Positions 9,564 through 19,438 of a DNA stretch of 64,000 nt are shown piece by piece. A program made the position numbers and the translations under genes. This DNA comes from Gemmatimonas sp. (GTDB lineage Bacteria > Gemmatimonadota > Gemmatimonadetes > Gemmatimonadales > Gemmatimonadaceae), in assembly GCA_965279375.1 (NCBI GenBank), contig OZ257156.1, positions 1,408,001 to 1,472,000 on the forward strand, in the 5' to 3' direction. The notes beneath the pieces were generated by a model. The model worked only from the letters and a program-made list of their open reading frames with translations, was not told the DNA's origin and did no database searches. Position 1 is the stretch's first letter; every line of letters starts with the position of its first letter.

Positions 9564-11320
9564 TCGCGCGCAGCATCATGCGGTGCATCGCTCTTTGAGT
9601 TGCTCTGTGCATCGCGCCATTGCTCCAGTGCGGCCACACGCCGCTCGAGTGCAGACACGGTGGTCGTCGCGGGAGTGGTCTCGGTGTTGGTGCGCGGCGC
9701 GGGAGGCGACGTGAGCGTTCGTTCGTACGTTGACGTGACCGCACGCGGAGGTGTGGCCATGCGACCGCCGTTCGGTACGTCAGCGTGGTCCGCCGCGCGC
9801 ACGCCGATGGCGAGGAAGGCGCGTCCCGGTGCGCGCAGCAACGTCTGCCGAAAGACCCATTCCGCGATGGGCATCCGGAAGGGCGACCGCGACAGGCTGA
9901 CCAGACTGAAGCCGATCAACGAGAAGGATACGAGAATGAGTGCGGCCGCCGGCTTCTCGTTGGGCGGCGGGCCCGGGTTCCGCACTCGCCGGACGCTGTC
10001 GGCAGTTGCCGGCGCCGATTGCGTCCCCTTTGCACGAGAGGCGGCATCCTGCCGAGGCGGCACGACTACGACCACGGCGAGATAGAGCGCCAGCAGGCCA
10101 AGCGGAAGGCTGATCAGCGCGGTGCGGACGGCGCGACGTCGCCGGGTCACCACGCGCGCGACCTGACGGGCTTCGTCGCGCACGGTTGCCTGTTCATCCA
10201 CGACGCCTCGCAGGCCGCGCATCAGGTCATCGAGCGTGTATCCCATCTCGGCCATGCGTCGCACTTCGGACAAGCTTTGCCAGATACGCGCCACGCCAAC
10301 GGCCAGGAACAGCGACGCTGGTAGCAGGCGAACGTACAGAGGCATGAAGGTCGGCATGTCCCGCACCACGAACACGGCCATGCCAAGCACCAGCGTCAAC
10401 AGCAGCAGTAGCGTGGAGAGCTCCTGAACCAGACTGCGGATCTGCAACGGGATCTCGCGTGGCGCGAGTTGCGTCGCATCGATCGCTTCCACCAGAGACT
10501 CGGCGCTCTGAAAGCGCACGGCGGGATCCTTCTGGACGCAGCGATCGACGGCAGAGGTCAGCGACGCGGGGAGATCCGGGCGCAACAGCGCGAGTGATGT
10601 TGGCAGCTCCGTGAGCTGGCGGACGATGACGCTGCGTGGCGTGTCGGCCTCCATTGCCGTTCGACCGGTCGCTGCGAAGAGGGCGATGAGTCCGAGCGAG
10701 TAGACATCGCTGCGTCCGTCGAGCTTATCGGCGGTGGCTTGCTCGGGACTCATGTACTCTGGAGTGCCGACCACTTCGCCAATGCGCGTGAGTCCAGCCC
10801 GTGACGAGGTGACACCCGTGTCGATCGGACGGGCGATGCCGAAGTCCATGAGCAACGCACGGCCGGTCGCTCGTTCGATCATCACGTTGTCAGGCTTGAG
10901 ATCGCGATGCACGACGCCGCGTCCATGTGCGTACGCGAGTGCGTAGCCAAGATCCTGCAGCAGGCGAACGAGTTCGCGCATCCCGAACGGACCGGCGCGT
11001 CGGACACGCTCGGTTAGACTCTCGCCCTCCACGTAGCCCATCGCGAAGGCGAGGATGTCATCGGTCTCCTCGATCGCGTGCACCGGCACGATGTTTGGAT
11101 GCGAGAACGACGCCGACGTCCGTGTTTCACGCAGGAACCGCTCGCGGAGCGCGGGTTGGGCCGAGAACTCCGGTGGCAGCACCTTGAGCGCCACGGCGCG
11201 ATCGAGGCGCAGGTCCCGCGCCAGGTACACGGCGCCCATCCCGCCGCGACCGAGCTCGCGCTCGATCGCGTACTTGGAGCCCAGACAGGCGCGTACGTGC
11301 TCGATGTCGGTCGTGCTCAT
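9557..11320 (-). CDS. Hanks-type Ser/Thr protein kinase with C-terminal TM region
   Basis: LGRGGMGAVY, VALKVL, HRDLKPDN, DFGIA, GTPEYMSPEQ, SDVYSLG. Confidence 0.95.
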   Translation of the reverse strand: MSTTDIEHVRACLGSKYAIERELGRGGMGAVYLARDLRLDRAVALKVLPPEFSAQPALRERFLRETRTSASFSHPNIVPVHAIEETDDILAFAMGYVEGESLTERVRRAGPFGMRELVRLLQDLGYALAYAHGRGVVHRDLKPDNVMIERATGRALLMDFGIARPIDTGVTSSRAGLTRIGEVVGTPEYMSPEQATADKLDGRSDVYSLGLIALFAATGRTAMEADTPRSVIVRQLTELPTSLALLRPDLPASLTSAVDRCVQKDPAVRFQSAESLVEAIDATQLAPREIPLQIRSLVQELSTLLLLLTLVLGMAVFVVRDMPTFMPLYVRLLPASLFLAVGVARIWQSLSEVRRMAEMGYTLDDLMRGLRGVVDEQATVRDEARQVARVVTRRRRAVRTALISLPLGLLALYLAVVVVVPPRQDAASRAKGTQSAPATADSVRRVRNPGPPPNEKPAAALILVSFSLIGFSLVSLSRSPFRMPIAEWVFRQTLLRAPGRAFLAIGVRAADHADVPNGGRMATPPRAVTSTYERTLTSPPAPRTNTETTPATTTVSALERRVAALEQWRDAQSNSKSDAPHDAARDV

Positions 11321-11614
11321 GGGCGGAGTGGGCTAGAAGCGTCGGGATGCATCGCGGTGACAAGCAGTCGGATCACCACAACCAGTACACCTCAATGGCG
11401 GCTGACCACGCGTCGGCCCGAAGGTCCGGCGATACCCCGAGCTCACCGTGGAACATTGGAACCCGCGCCGCAGTAGGCACCCACGGCCCGCGAGTCTCGC
11501 GTGTGCCTTGGACGAATGCTGGGGGCGAATGTTAGGGACGAGTGTTGGCAGCGAGGGGGCGCGGACTCGGACGGGACGCGTTGTGGGCGAATCCCAATGT
11601 GGGCGGAGGGTGTG

Positions 11615-12127
11615 ATGCGGCTATCGAACGGGGCGTGGGGCCTTGGACTGGTGACGCTCCTGGCGTTGCCGGCGGCGGCGCAGGAGTCGGGCAACGACGG
11701 CGGGGTGGCGCCGGGTGCGCGAGTGCGATTCACCGTGGTGGATCTGCAGAGTCCGGAGGACTGGGCGGCGCGACGCATGACGCTCAAGGGCACCGTGCTC
11801 AGCGCGCAGGCGGATTCGCTGGTGATTCGCTACGGCGGCGCCTCGCAGCTCACCGTCCGGCGAGGCGCAATTGCCGATCTCGCCGTCAGTCGCGGCACCG
11901 AGCCAGGCTGGCGTGCGCGTCCGGGTCGCACTGCCTTGCAGGCGGCAATCACCGCGGCAGGGGGCTTCATTCTCGCGCGGTCCATGCAGACGCGGCGCAG
12001 CGCCACAGGGGTGGAGCGCCGGTCATCCTTGGTACCGCTCATGGCAGGCTCGTTCGTGTTGCAGTCCGCGCTGACGGCGAAGGTCGCGTTCGGACGCACC
12101 GAACGGTGGGAACCCGTGCTTCCCTGA
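11615..12127 (+). CDS. Hypothetical secreted/membrane protein
   Basis: GGAGG RBS before ATG 11615, signal peptide, PGARVR...GTVL motif, C-terminal ERWEPV. Confidence 0.55.
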   Translation: MRLSNGAWGLGLVTLLALPAAAQESGNDGGVAPGARVRFTVVDLQSPEDWAARRMTLKGTVLSAQADSLVIRYGGASQLTVRRGAIADLAVSRGTEPGWRARPGRTALQAAITAAGGFILARSMQTRRSATGVERRSSLVPLMAGSFVLQSALTAKVAFGRTERWEPVLP

Positions 12128-12294
12128 GGAGTCGGAGAAGGGCTGACGACGGACGCGGGCTGTTGCGTGGAACGCCGCTCTCCACCTACCGTGGACGCGC
12201 GTGCGCTGCGGTCCCGCCGTCGCATGCCGCGCACCCCGGGTGCAGCGAATTCCGAGCCCGCAGCGGCCCTTCCGAGAGCGAAACAGACCATCCC

Positions 12295-12711
12295 ATGGCA
12301 CAGCAACGAACGCCGCACTCGACACCGGCCGATTCGTCCACGGCGGTCGAGCAGTTCATGGCCGAGCTCACGCATCCGCACAAAGCCGAGGTTCAGCTGC
12401 TGCGAGAAGTCATCCTCGGCGCGTCGGCGGAGATCGCGGAAGGGATCAAGTGGAAGTCGCCGAGCTTTCGTACGCACGAGTACTTCGCGACGGTCAATCT
12501 GCGCGAGAAGAAGGGCGTCGGGGTCATACTCCACTTGGGCGCCAAGGTCAGGGAGCTTGCATCCGGTGGATTGGCGATAGCGGACCCGGCGAAGCTGCTG
12601 GACTGGCTCGCCGCGGATCGGGCGTGTGTGCGCTTCGGCAATCGCGAGGAGATCGATGCCGCGAGGCCGGCATTCCAGGAGCTCATTCGCGAATGGATAC
12701 GGCATGTCTAA
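12295..12711 (+). CDS. DUF1801 (YdhG-like) protein
   Basis: VEQFMAEL...LREVI...EGIKWKSPSF...LILHLGAK-like motifs. ATG 12295 is in the frame of ORF 11542. Confidence 0.85.
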   Translation: MAQQRTPHSTPADSSTAVEQFMAELTHPHKAEVQLLREVILGASAEIAEGIKWKSPSFRTHEYFATVNLREKKGVGVILHLGAKVRELASGGLAIADPAKLLDWLAADRACVRFGNREEIDAARPAFQELIREWIRHV

Positions 12712-12881
12712 CGTTGCGTCGCAGGCGCGTCTGGTGTGCCGACGTCGCGGTTTCTGTTCACGAACCATGTCGCGTGCCCTATCCATCTCGCGTGTGTCGG
12801 GCGTAGAATCGCCGTCCGGCTAGGCAGCGGAGTGCATCTTCGCGTCTACCTGCGTTCACGCTCCCATTCCCGAGATGTTGG

Positions 12882-14117
12882 ATGAAAGAAGGCACACGTG
12901 TGTTCGTCGCCCTGGGCGCCGCGATCGTCATCGGCGCCCTCATCGCGGCGTCGGGTAGCGAGCAGGCGTTGCGGGTTGCAGATGCGGTTGCGCCACTCGG
13001 TGCGCTGTGGGTCACCGCGATTCGCATGACGGTCATTCCGCTCATTACGGCGCTGATCGTCACCGGCGTCGCATCCGCGGCGAGCGTGAAGGACATCGGC
13101 AGACTTGGCGTACGTACGATGCTGGTTTTCGTGAGCCTGCTGCTCGGTGCGGCGACCGTGATGGCATTCGTGGCTCCGCTGATGTTCACGATGCTGCCCG
13201 ATGGTGCGCGGCCGGAGTTGCCACCGGGGGCGGCCGATGCCGCCCGTGAGCTCACGACGGGCGCCCAGTCACAAACGATCGCGTCGTTCGTCACGTCGCT
13301 GCTGCCGAGTAATCCGGTTGGCGCGGCGGCCAACGGTGCGATGGTGGCGTATGTGCTCTTCGTGCTGCTGTTTGCCATCGCCGTTGCGAATAGCAGCAGC
13401 GAAACGCGCACCACCCTCGTCGGGTTCTTTCGAGCGCTGGGTGATGCGATGATGACGATGGTGCGCGGCGTGATTTGGCTGGCACCGATTGGCATCTTCG
13501 CGACGATGCTGCCACTCGCAGCGCATGCTGGTGCATCGATGGTAGGCGCCATCGGCCTGTACATCCTCGCCTACTCGGCGCTCTCGATGCTCATGGTCGC
13601 GCTGGCGTATCCGACGGTGGCTGTGTTCGGGGGTATTCCCATGCGACAGTTTGCGCGCGCCGCGCTCCCGGGGCAGCTGATCGCATTCAGCTCGAGTTCG
13701 TCGATTGCTGCGCTGCCGGCGCTCGTTACGGCGGCCGAAGTCGATCTCGCACTACCCAAGCGTGTGACCGGCTTCGCACTCCCACTTGCGGGTGCGATGT
13801 TCAAGCTGGCAGGCCCCAGTTCCTGGATGGCCGGAGCGTTGTTCATCAGCTGGTTCTACAACGTGCCGTTACACACGCCGCAGGTTGTCTTGCTCGCGAT
13901 CGCGTCCGCGTTTCTGGGCTTTGCGTCACCGGGCATTCCACGCGGCGCGTTTATCATGCTCGCGCCGCTGCTCTTGGCGGTGGGCCTGCCGGCGGAAGGC
14001 GTCGGCATTCTGATCGCGGTCGATGCGATTCCCGATACGTTCGCGACCGTGTTGAACGCGACGGGCAATCTGGCGGCGACGGCGATTGTTGCGCGCCGGA
14101 CTTCCAGCGAGTCCTAG
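12882..14117 (+). CDS. Dicarboxylate/amino acid:cation symporter (DAACS, GltP/DctA family)
   Basis: Multi-TM protein. AFSSSSSIAALP, PGIP, IAVDAIPDTFATVLNATG motifs. Confidence 0.92.
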   Translation: MKEGTRVFVALGAAIVIGALIAASGSEQALRVADAVAPLGALWVTAIRMTVIPLITALIVTGVASAASVKDIGRLGVRTMLVFVSLLLGAATVMAFVAPLMFTMLPDGARPELPPGAADAARELTTGAQSQTIASFVTSLLPSNPVGAAANGAMVAYVLFVLLFAIAVANSSSETRTTLVGFFRALGDAMMTMVRGVIWLAPIGIFATMLPLAAHAGASMVGAIGLYILAYSALSMLMVALAYPTVAVFGGIPMRQFARAALPGQLIAFSSSSSIAALPALVTAAEVDLALPKRVTGFALPLAGAMFKLAGPSSWMAGALFISWFYNVPLHTPQVVLLAIASAFLGFASPGIPRGAFIMLAPLLLAVGLPAEGVGILIAVDAIPDTFATVLNATGNLAATAIVARRTSSES

Positions 14118-14228
14118 GTCGATCCGCGTGCTTGCACATTGGCCAGCTGCCGGCAATGTTCGCTCCGAAACTCGCGCTGACCTAGGTTGACCGTTGTTCC
14201 CCTGTCGAGCCCTCTTCTCTGATCGTCC

Positions 14229-15641
14229 ATGACTGCATGGCGTCCGACCGTCGCCGTGATCGGTGCCGGGTTCAGTGGTACCATCGTCGCGACCCATCTG
14301 CTGCGCAGTTCCGCAACGCATCCGGTGCGCGTGCTGTTGATCGATCGTACCGGGCAGGTTGGGCGAGGTGTCGCGTACGGAACGACGTCAGACGCACATT
14401 TGCTCAATGTGCCGGCGGGTCGCATGAGCGCCTTTGTCGGCGACGAAGACCATTTTCTGCGGTTCGCGCAGGCGCGTGATGCGCGAGTCACCGGCGGTTC
14501 GTTCGTGTCGCGCCAGTTGTATGGGAGCTATCTGGCTGCGACGCTCGATGACGCGGTGGCGACGGCGGCCCAGCACGGCAGCAGTCTGGAGCGGATACAC
14601 GCGCAGGTAACGGACATCGAGATGCCGACGGATGCCGCGCGCGCCGCGTTGCTTTTTGCCGACGGTACGCGCACCGAGGTCGACCGCATCGTGCTCGCCG
14701 CCGGCAACTTCTCGCCGTCGGATCCGTGGGTGGCGAAAGGGCGCGAGCTGTACGCGAGTGGGCACTACATTCGCGATCCATGGGCGCCGGGCGCGCTCGA
14801 CGCAGTGCGCGACGACGCACCCGTGCTGCTGCTCGGCACCGGCCTCACCATGCTCGATCTGGCCGTTCAGCTCGAGGAGCGCGGGCGATCGGCGCCGATG
14901 TACGCGCTGTCGCGGCGCGGGCTGGTGCCGCTGCCGCATCGACCGCATGGAGCACCGCCGTCGTACGGCCATCTGCCTCCGGAATTGATCGCGTGCGAAG
15001 CATCGGCGGCATCGTACCTTCGCGCCATTCGCCGGCACGCGCGTGACCTCGCGAGCGCTGGCATCGACTGGCGCGAAGTGGTGGCATCGCTACGTCCAGT
15101 CACTCCGCGACTGTGGGAGACGCTCTCGGCGAAGGAGCGCGAGCGATTTCTCCGGCATGCGCGACCATACTGGGACACACATCGACATCGTGTTGCACCG
15201 GAACTCTACGCGCAGTTCGAGGCGATGCAGGCAAGCGGCGCGCTCACGCTCCGTGCCGGCCGCGTACTGTCGTTCTCGCAGCGCGATGGAGGCGTCGACG
15301 TCGCGGTTCGCTCGCGCGGAAGCCATGACGTGTACTCGCTGCAGGTGGGAATGGTCATCAACTGCACCGGACCGGAAAGCGACGTGCGCCGTGTCGGCGA
15401 TCCGCTGATCGACGCGCTGCTGCAGCGCAGTGTGCTGCGCACAGACGTCCTGGGGCTCGGCCTCGACACGTCGCACGATCGGCGTCTGCTTGATGCGGAC
15501 GGTCGCGCGCACGATCATTTGTGGCTCGTCGGGCCGTTGCTCAAGGGGCGGTTCTGGGAAGCCACGGCGGTGCCGGAACTTCGCGGACACGCCGCGCATG
15601 TGGCGCGTAGCGTCCTCGGTTCATTGCACGCCGAGGCCTAG
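14229..15641 (+). CDS. FAD/NAD(P)-binding oxidoreductase (NAD_binding_9 type)
   Basis: GAGFSG Rossmann motif, GRGVAY, LLNVPAGRMS, GTGLTMLD, VINCTGP, WEATAVPEL. Confidence 0.88.
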   Translation: MTAWRPTVAVIGAGFSGTIVATHLLRSSATHPVRVLLIDRTGQVGRGVAYGTTSDAHLLNVPAGRMSAFVGDEDHFLRFAQARDARVTGGSFVSRQLYGSYLAATLDDAVATAAQHGSSLERIHAQVTDIEMPTDAARAALLFADGTRTEVDRIVLAAGNFSPSDPWVAKGRELYASGHYIRDPWAPGALDAVRDDAPVLLLGTGLTMLDLAVQLEERGRSAPMYALSRRGLVPLPHRPHGAPPSYGHLPPELIACEASAASYLRAIRRHARDLASAGIDWREVVASLRPVTPRLWETLSAKERERFLRHARPYWDTHRHRVAPELYAQFEAMQASGALTLRAGRVLSFSQRDGGVDVAVRSRGSHDVYSLQVGMVINCTGPESDVRRVGDPLIDALLQRSVLRTDVLGLGLDTSHDRRLLDADGRAHDHLWLVGPLLKGRFWEATAVPELRGHAAHVARSVLGSLHAEA

Positions 15642-15707
15642 TCAACCACTCCACGCGAATTCACTCGTCGATTCGCGCACGCCGGACTCAACAGCGCGTA
15701 CCAGCAC

Positions 15708-16058
15708 ATGCAAAAACATCGAATCTTCACGACGGCTTTTGCGAGCGTGTATCCCCACTATGTCCAGAAGGCGGTCAAGAAGGGCCGCACGCAGCAGGAA
15801 GTGGACGAAGTGATTTGCTGGTTGACTGGTTACAGCGCGCAAGCGCTGGCGAAGCACATCGCAGAGCGTACGGACTTCGAGATGTTCTTCGAGAAGGCCC
15901 CCGCGTTGCACCCCAACGCGAGCAAGATCACCGGCGTGATCTGCGGCGTGCGCATCGAGGAGATCGAGGATCCGTTGATGCAGAAGATCCGCTATATGGA
16001 CAAATTGGTGGACGAGTTGGCGAAGGGCCGAAGGATGGAGAAGATTCTACGCTCGTAG
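15708..16058 (+). CDS. DUF2200 family protein
   Basis: [55 protein letters not shown]. Confidence 0.92.
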   Translation: MQKHRIFTTAFASVYPHYVQKAVKKGRTQQEVDEVICWLTGYSAQALAKHIAERTDFEMFFEKAPALHPNASKITGVICGVRIEEIEDPLMQKIRYMDKLVDELAKGRRMEKILRS

Positions 16059-16067
16059 GGGGTTCAC

Positions 16068-16532
16068 ATGCCCGAGTCGCCGTATGTCGTCAGGGAAACG
16101 CAGGTTGCCGCGCGCGCCGTTGCTGGCGTACGCGCGCAGGTGCCGCGAGGGCAGGTGGCGCGGCATTTTGGCGCAGCGCTCGATCAGGTGTACGCAGCAG
16201 CGCGCGCGGGCGTGGTGTCGCTCGATGGACAGAACATCTTCATCTACCGCGCCGCGACCGCCGATATGTTGACCGTGGACTTCTGCGTCGGCATCAAGGC
16301 GCCGTTCGAAGCGACCGGATCTGTTCTGCCGATGGAAACGCCCCACGGAATCGCAGCGATGACGACGCACATGGGTGACTACGGTCGCCTGGGTGAAGCG
16401 AATGCCGCCATCATCGCCTGGTGTCGCGACAGCGGGCGCGAACGCGCGGGACCCTCGTGGGAGATCTACGGTCACTGGCACGACGATCCCGCGAAGCTAC
16501 GCACCGACGTGTATTGGCTGCTGAAGTCATAG
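16068..16532 (+). CDS. GyrI-like small-molecule-binding protein
   Basis: HMGDYGRLGEA...AWC...GPSWEIY...LRTDVYW. Confidence 0.85.
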   Translation: MPESPYVVRETQVAARAVAGVRAQVPRGQVARHFGAALDQVYAAARAGVVSLDGQNIFIYRAATADMLTVDFCVGIKAPFEATGSVLPMETPHGIAAMTTHMGDYGRLGEANAAIIAWCRDSGRERAGPSWEIYGHWHDDPAKLRTDVYWLLKS

Positions 16533-16566
16533 GCTTTCACCTCCCGTCTTCAACTTTGGAGCGACG

Positions 16567-16953
16567 ATGAAACGTGTCACCGGTATCGGCGGAATCTTCT
16601 TCAAATCGAAAGATCCCAAGGCCCTCGGCGCGTGGTACAAGGCGCACCTGGGAATCGACGTTGGCGACTGGGGCGGTTTTGCCTTTCAGTGGAAGGGACC
16701 GGACAATCCTGACGGCGTTGGCTCGACGATCTGGAGTCCGTTCAAGGCGGAGACTCAATACTTCGCGCCGAGTACCGCGAGCTTCATGATCAACTACCGC
16801 GTCGATGATCTCCACGCACTGCTGGCAGTGCTGCGCGAGGAAGGCGTGAAGGTCGAGGAGAAGGTTGAGGAGTCCGACTACGGCAAGTTCGGATGGGTGA
16901 TCGATCCCGACGGCAACAAGCTCGAGCTGTGGCAACCACCAGCAGGTCAGTGA
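16567..16953 (+). CDS. VOC (glyoxalase/bleomycin-resistance) protein
   Basis: MKRVTGIGGIFFK, FMINYRVDDL, YGKFGWVIDPDGNKLELWQP. Confidence 0.92.
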   Translation: MKRVTGIGGIFFKSKDPKALGAWYKAHLGIDVGDWGGFAFQWKGPDNPDGVGSTIWSPFKAETQYFAPSTASFMINYRVDDLHALLAVLREEGVKVEEKVEESDYGKFGWVIDPDGNKLELWQPPAGQ

Positions 16954-16960
16954 GGCACTG

Positions 16961-17440
16961 ATGCGCGCCAAGAACACGATCTGCCTGTGGTTCAACCGTG
17001 ACGCGGAAGAAGCAGCGCTGTTCTACGCGGCAACCTTTCCCGACTCAGCGGTCCACGCGGTGCACCGTGCGCCGGGCGATTTTCCGAGTGGCAAGCAGGG
17101 CGACGTACTGACCGTCGAATTCACGGTCATGGGTATCCCCTGTCTCGGGCTCAATGGCGGACCTGCCCTCAAGCACAGCGATGCGTTCTCGTTTCAAGTC
17201 GCGACGGTCGATCAGGAAGAAACGGATCGCTACTGGAACGCGATCGTGGACAACGGCGGAAAGGCCAGTCGCTGCGGATGGTGCAAGGACAAGTGGGGAC
17301 TGTCGTGGCAGATCACGCCGCTCGCGCTGTCGGAGGCGATGACCGGTCCCGACCGTGCCGCGGCCAAGCGCGTGTTTGATGCAATGATGACAATGGACAA
17401 GGTCGACATCGCGGCGATCGAGGCCGCGCGCCGAGGCTGA
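16961..17440 (+). CDS. VOC protein, PhnB / 3-demethylubiquinone-9 3-methyltransferase-like
   Basis: CLWF, LNGGP, AFSFQV, CGWCKDKWGLSWQITP. Confidence 0.92.
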   Translation: MRAKNTICLWFNRDAEEAALFYAATFPDSAVHAVHRAPGDFPSGKQGDVLTVEFTVMGIPCLGLNGGPALKHSDAFSFQVATVDQEETDRYWNAIVDNGGKASRCGWCKDKWGLSWQITPLALSEAMTGPDRAAAKRVFDAMMTMDKVDIAAIEAARRG

Positions 17441-17454
17441 CAAACCGGCTCCGC

Positions 17455-17503
17455 TTGACAATCGGAGCTTGAGTTTCAATATTCACCCATATGGATGAAT
17501 ATT
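17455..17503 (+). promoter_or_regulatory. sigma70-type promoter overlapped by a palindromic operator of the ArsR-SRPBCC operon
   Basis: TTGACA 17455-17460, 17-bp spacer, AATATT 17478-17483. Near-perfect palindrome AATATTCACCCATATGGATGAATATT 17478-17503. Confidence 0.8.
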
Positions 17504-17862
17504 CTTCTGCAGCGCACTCGGCCCATCTCGACGCCGTCTTCGGGGCGGTGGCAGACGCGACACGGCGCGCGATCCTCGCGCAGCTTGCCACGGGCGATGC
17601 GCGTGTGACGGACATCGCCGCGGCCTATCCGATTTCGCTCAACTCGGTCTCCAAGCACGTGCGCGTGCTCGAGCGTGCGGGGCTGGTGGAACGCACCATC
17701 TTCGGGCGCGATCACGTGCTCTCGCTGAATGCGCAGGCGATGGCCGAGGCCGACGAGTGGATGACGTACTACCGACAGTTCTGGACCGACCGACTCGAAG
17801 CGCTCGACCGCATGGTGCAACGCAAACGCCGCAACACTCACAAAAAGGGGACCAAGCCATGA
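17491..17862 (+). CDS. ArsR/SmtB family transcriptional regulator
   Basis: LDAVFGAVADATRRAIL...SKHVRVLERAGLV winged HTH. Confidence 0.92.
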   Translation: MDEYSSAAHSAHLDAVFGAVADATRRAILAQLATGDARVTDIAAAYPISLNSVSKHVRVLERAGLVERTIFGRDHVLSLNAQAMAEADEWMTYYRQFWTDRLEALDRMVQRKRRNTHKKGTKP

Positions 17863-18350
17863 CCCAGACACATGCAGGGCCGCCAGCCACGCAGTTGACA
17901 GTGCGCCGCGAGATTGCGGCAACGGCGGAAGAACTGTTCGACGCGTTTCTCGACGCCGATTCACTGGCGGAGTTCATGCGACCGGGGAGCGATCGCAACT
18001 CGGACGTGACTGTCGATCCCCGCGTGGGCGGCGCGTTCTCGATCGGCATGCATGTCAACGACGGCGTGGTAGCGCACACGGGTGTGTATCGCGAGATCGA
18101 CCGTCCGCGGAAGCTCGTCTTCACGTGGGTGTCCAAGAACACCAATCATGAGGATTCCGAGGTAACCGTGCACTTCCTCGCGGTGCCTGGCTCGAAGACG
18201 CGCACGGAAGTGGTGCTGACGCAGGTGCTCTTGCCTGAGGCGCAGGTGAAAGGACATCTGGGCGGCTGGACGCGCATCGTCGAGATTCTCGACGAGAATG
18301 TCGAACGCGCACGCCTGCATCGAAACGATACAGCGCATCGCGTGATGTGA
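17859..18350 (+). CDS. SRPBCC (AHSA1-like) domain protein
   Basis: ATGA overlap with the ArsR stop. DPRVGGAF, GVYREIDRPRKLVFTW, HLGGW. Confidence 0.9.
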   Translation: MTQTHAGPPATQLTVRREIAATAEELFDAFLDADSLAEFMRPGSDRNSDVTVDPRVGGAFSIGMHVNDGVVAHTGVYREIDRPRKLVFTWVSKNTNHEDSEVTVHFLAVPGSKTRTEVVLTQVLLPEAQVKGHLGGWTRIVEILDENVERARLHRNDTAHRVM

Positions 18351-18536
18351 TACGTGTGGCCGTACTCATCTAAATGAGAGGTTTGGTTAACCCGTTGTTG
18401 CATAGCGCGTTAGCCACCGCTGCACCTCATCGGACCGAGCCCTGGGGCGGGCATGCGATGTGCACCCCCAGGCCGGCAGCTGGCGCAACGTCTCCCGACG
18501 ATCTGCGCCGCGTTCACACTCGCTCCGGTGCCCTCC

Positions 18537-19325
18537 ATGTCCCGTTCCATTCGTCTTGTCGTCGGTGGCGTCATCGCCGTCGGTTTCCTCAGCGCCTGCA
18601 GTCACGACGCCGCATCGCCCGATAGCCTCACTGCTCCGCGCTTCTCCGGCGGGAGTAACTCGGGTGGAGGCGGCTCGGCCGGTGGCGGTTCGGCCGGCGG
18701 TGGCGGCGGTGGGAAGGCAGCGTGCACGCCCTCGCTCTCCGTGATCGGATCCGCCACCGAGGCGCTCTCCGGCAATGCGTTCTCTGCCACGTACGTCTTC
18801 AACTCGTGTCAGTCCAAGAACCGCGTGAACATGACCGCGACCGATTTGGCCACCGGACAGGTGGTCTGGCAGTCCGTGCCGGATCTCGCCGGCACTATCG
18901 CGATCTGGACGCTCCCCTACAAGCTCACGTCGTATCGCATCGATGCGCGCGCCTATTCGGGCTCCGCGTTCACCTTGGCCGCCACTGCGTCCACCATCAT
19001 CAACACGCTCGATCCGATTCCGTGCACTCCCTTCGTGCACGAGACCGCGACCGTCGGATACTGGGGCATCTATCCGGCCATCTGGGCGGCGACGGACTCG
19101 CAAGATTGCGGAATGGGTGGCACGGTCAGCCTCGAGATCACCAATCTCAGCAACGGAAAGGTTGAGCTGAGCTATCCAAGCATCGGCTTCTCCTCGTTCA
19201 TCGACTTCGAAGGGTCGATCGTTTCCTACGACACGCCCTACCGCCTGCACGCCGAGCTGCACTCCTCGAGCGGCGCGATGCTCGACTCCTCCACGACGAA
19301 CGTGCGCTCGCCGGTGCTCAAGTAG
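18537..19325 (+). CDS. Hypothetical lipoprotein with Gly-rich linker and two beta-rich repeats
   Basis: Lipobox FLSAC, poly-Gly linker, two internal CTP-initiated modules. Confidence 0.7.
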   Translation: MSRSIRLVVGGVIAVGFLSACSHDAASPDSLTAPRFSGGSNSGGGGSAGGGSAGGGGGGKAACTPSLSVIGSATEALSGNAFSATYVFNSCQSKNRVNMTATDLATGQVVWQSVPDLAGTIAIWTLPYKLTSYRIDARAYSGSAFTLAATASTIINTLDPIPCTPFVHETATVGYWGIYPAIWAATDSQDCGMGGTVSLEITNLSNGKVELSYPSIGFSSFIDFEGSIVSYDTPYRLHAELHSSSGAMLDSSTTNVRSPVLK

Positions 19326-19438
19326 CAGTGGCACGGCAGTAAGCCAAACGCACGCCCTCTCCCCTTCGATGGATGACACGCTTCGGCGCAGATGCCACTA
19401 TTCATCTGCGCCTGAAGCGTACCGACACTGGGGGAGCG

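Noticed and set aside
11542..12294. N-terminal 251 aa of the 389-aa ORF as a DUF1801 fusion
   Set aside because: Overlaps a better ORF in another frame and is Arg/Gly-rich junk. The true start is ATG 12295.
12706..12824. Complete attC site (GTCTAAC ... GCTAGGC)
   Set aside because: Right end lacks the invariant GTT, L boxes do not pair, and the nearby TAGAAT looks more like a -10 box for the DAACS gene
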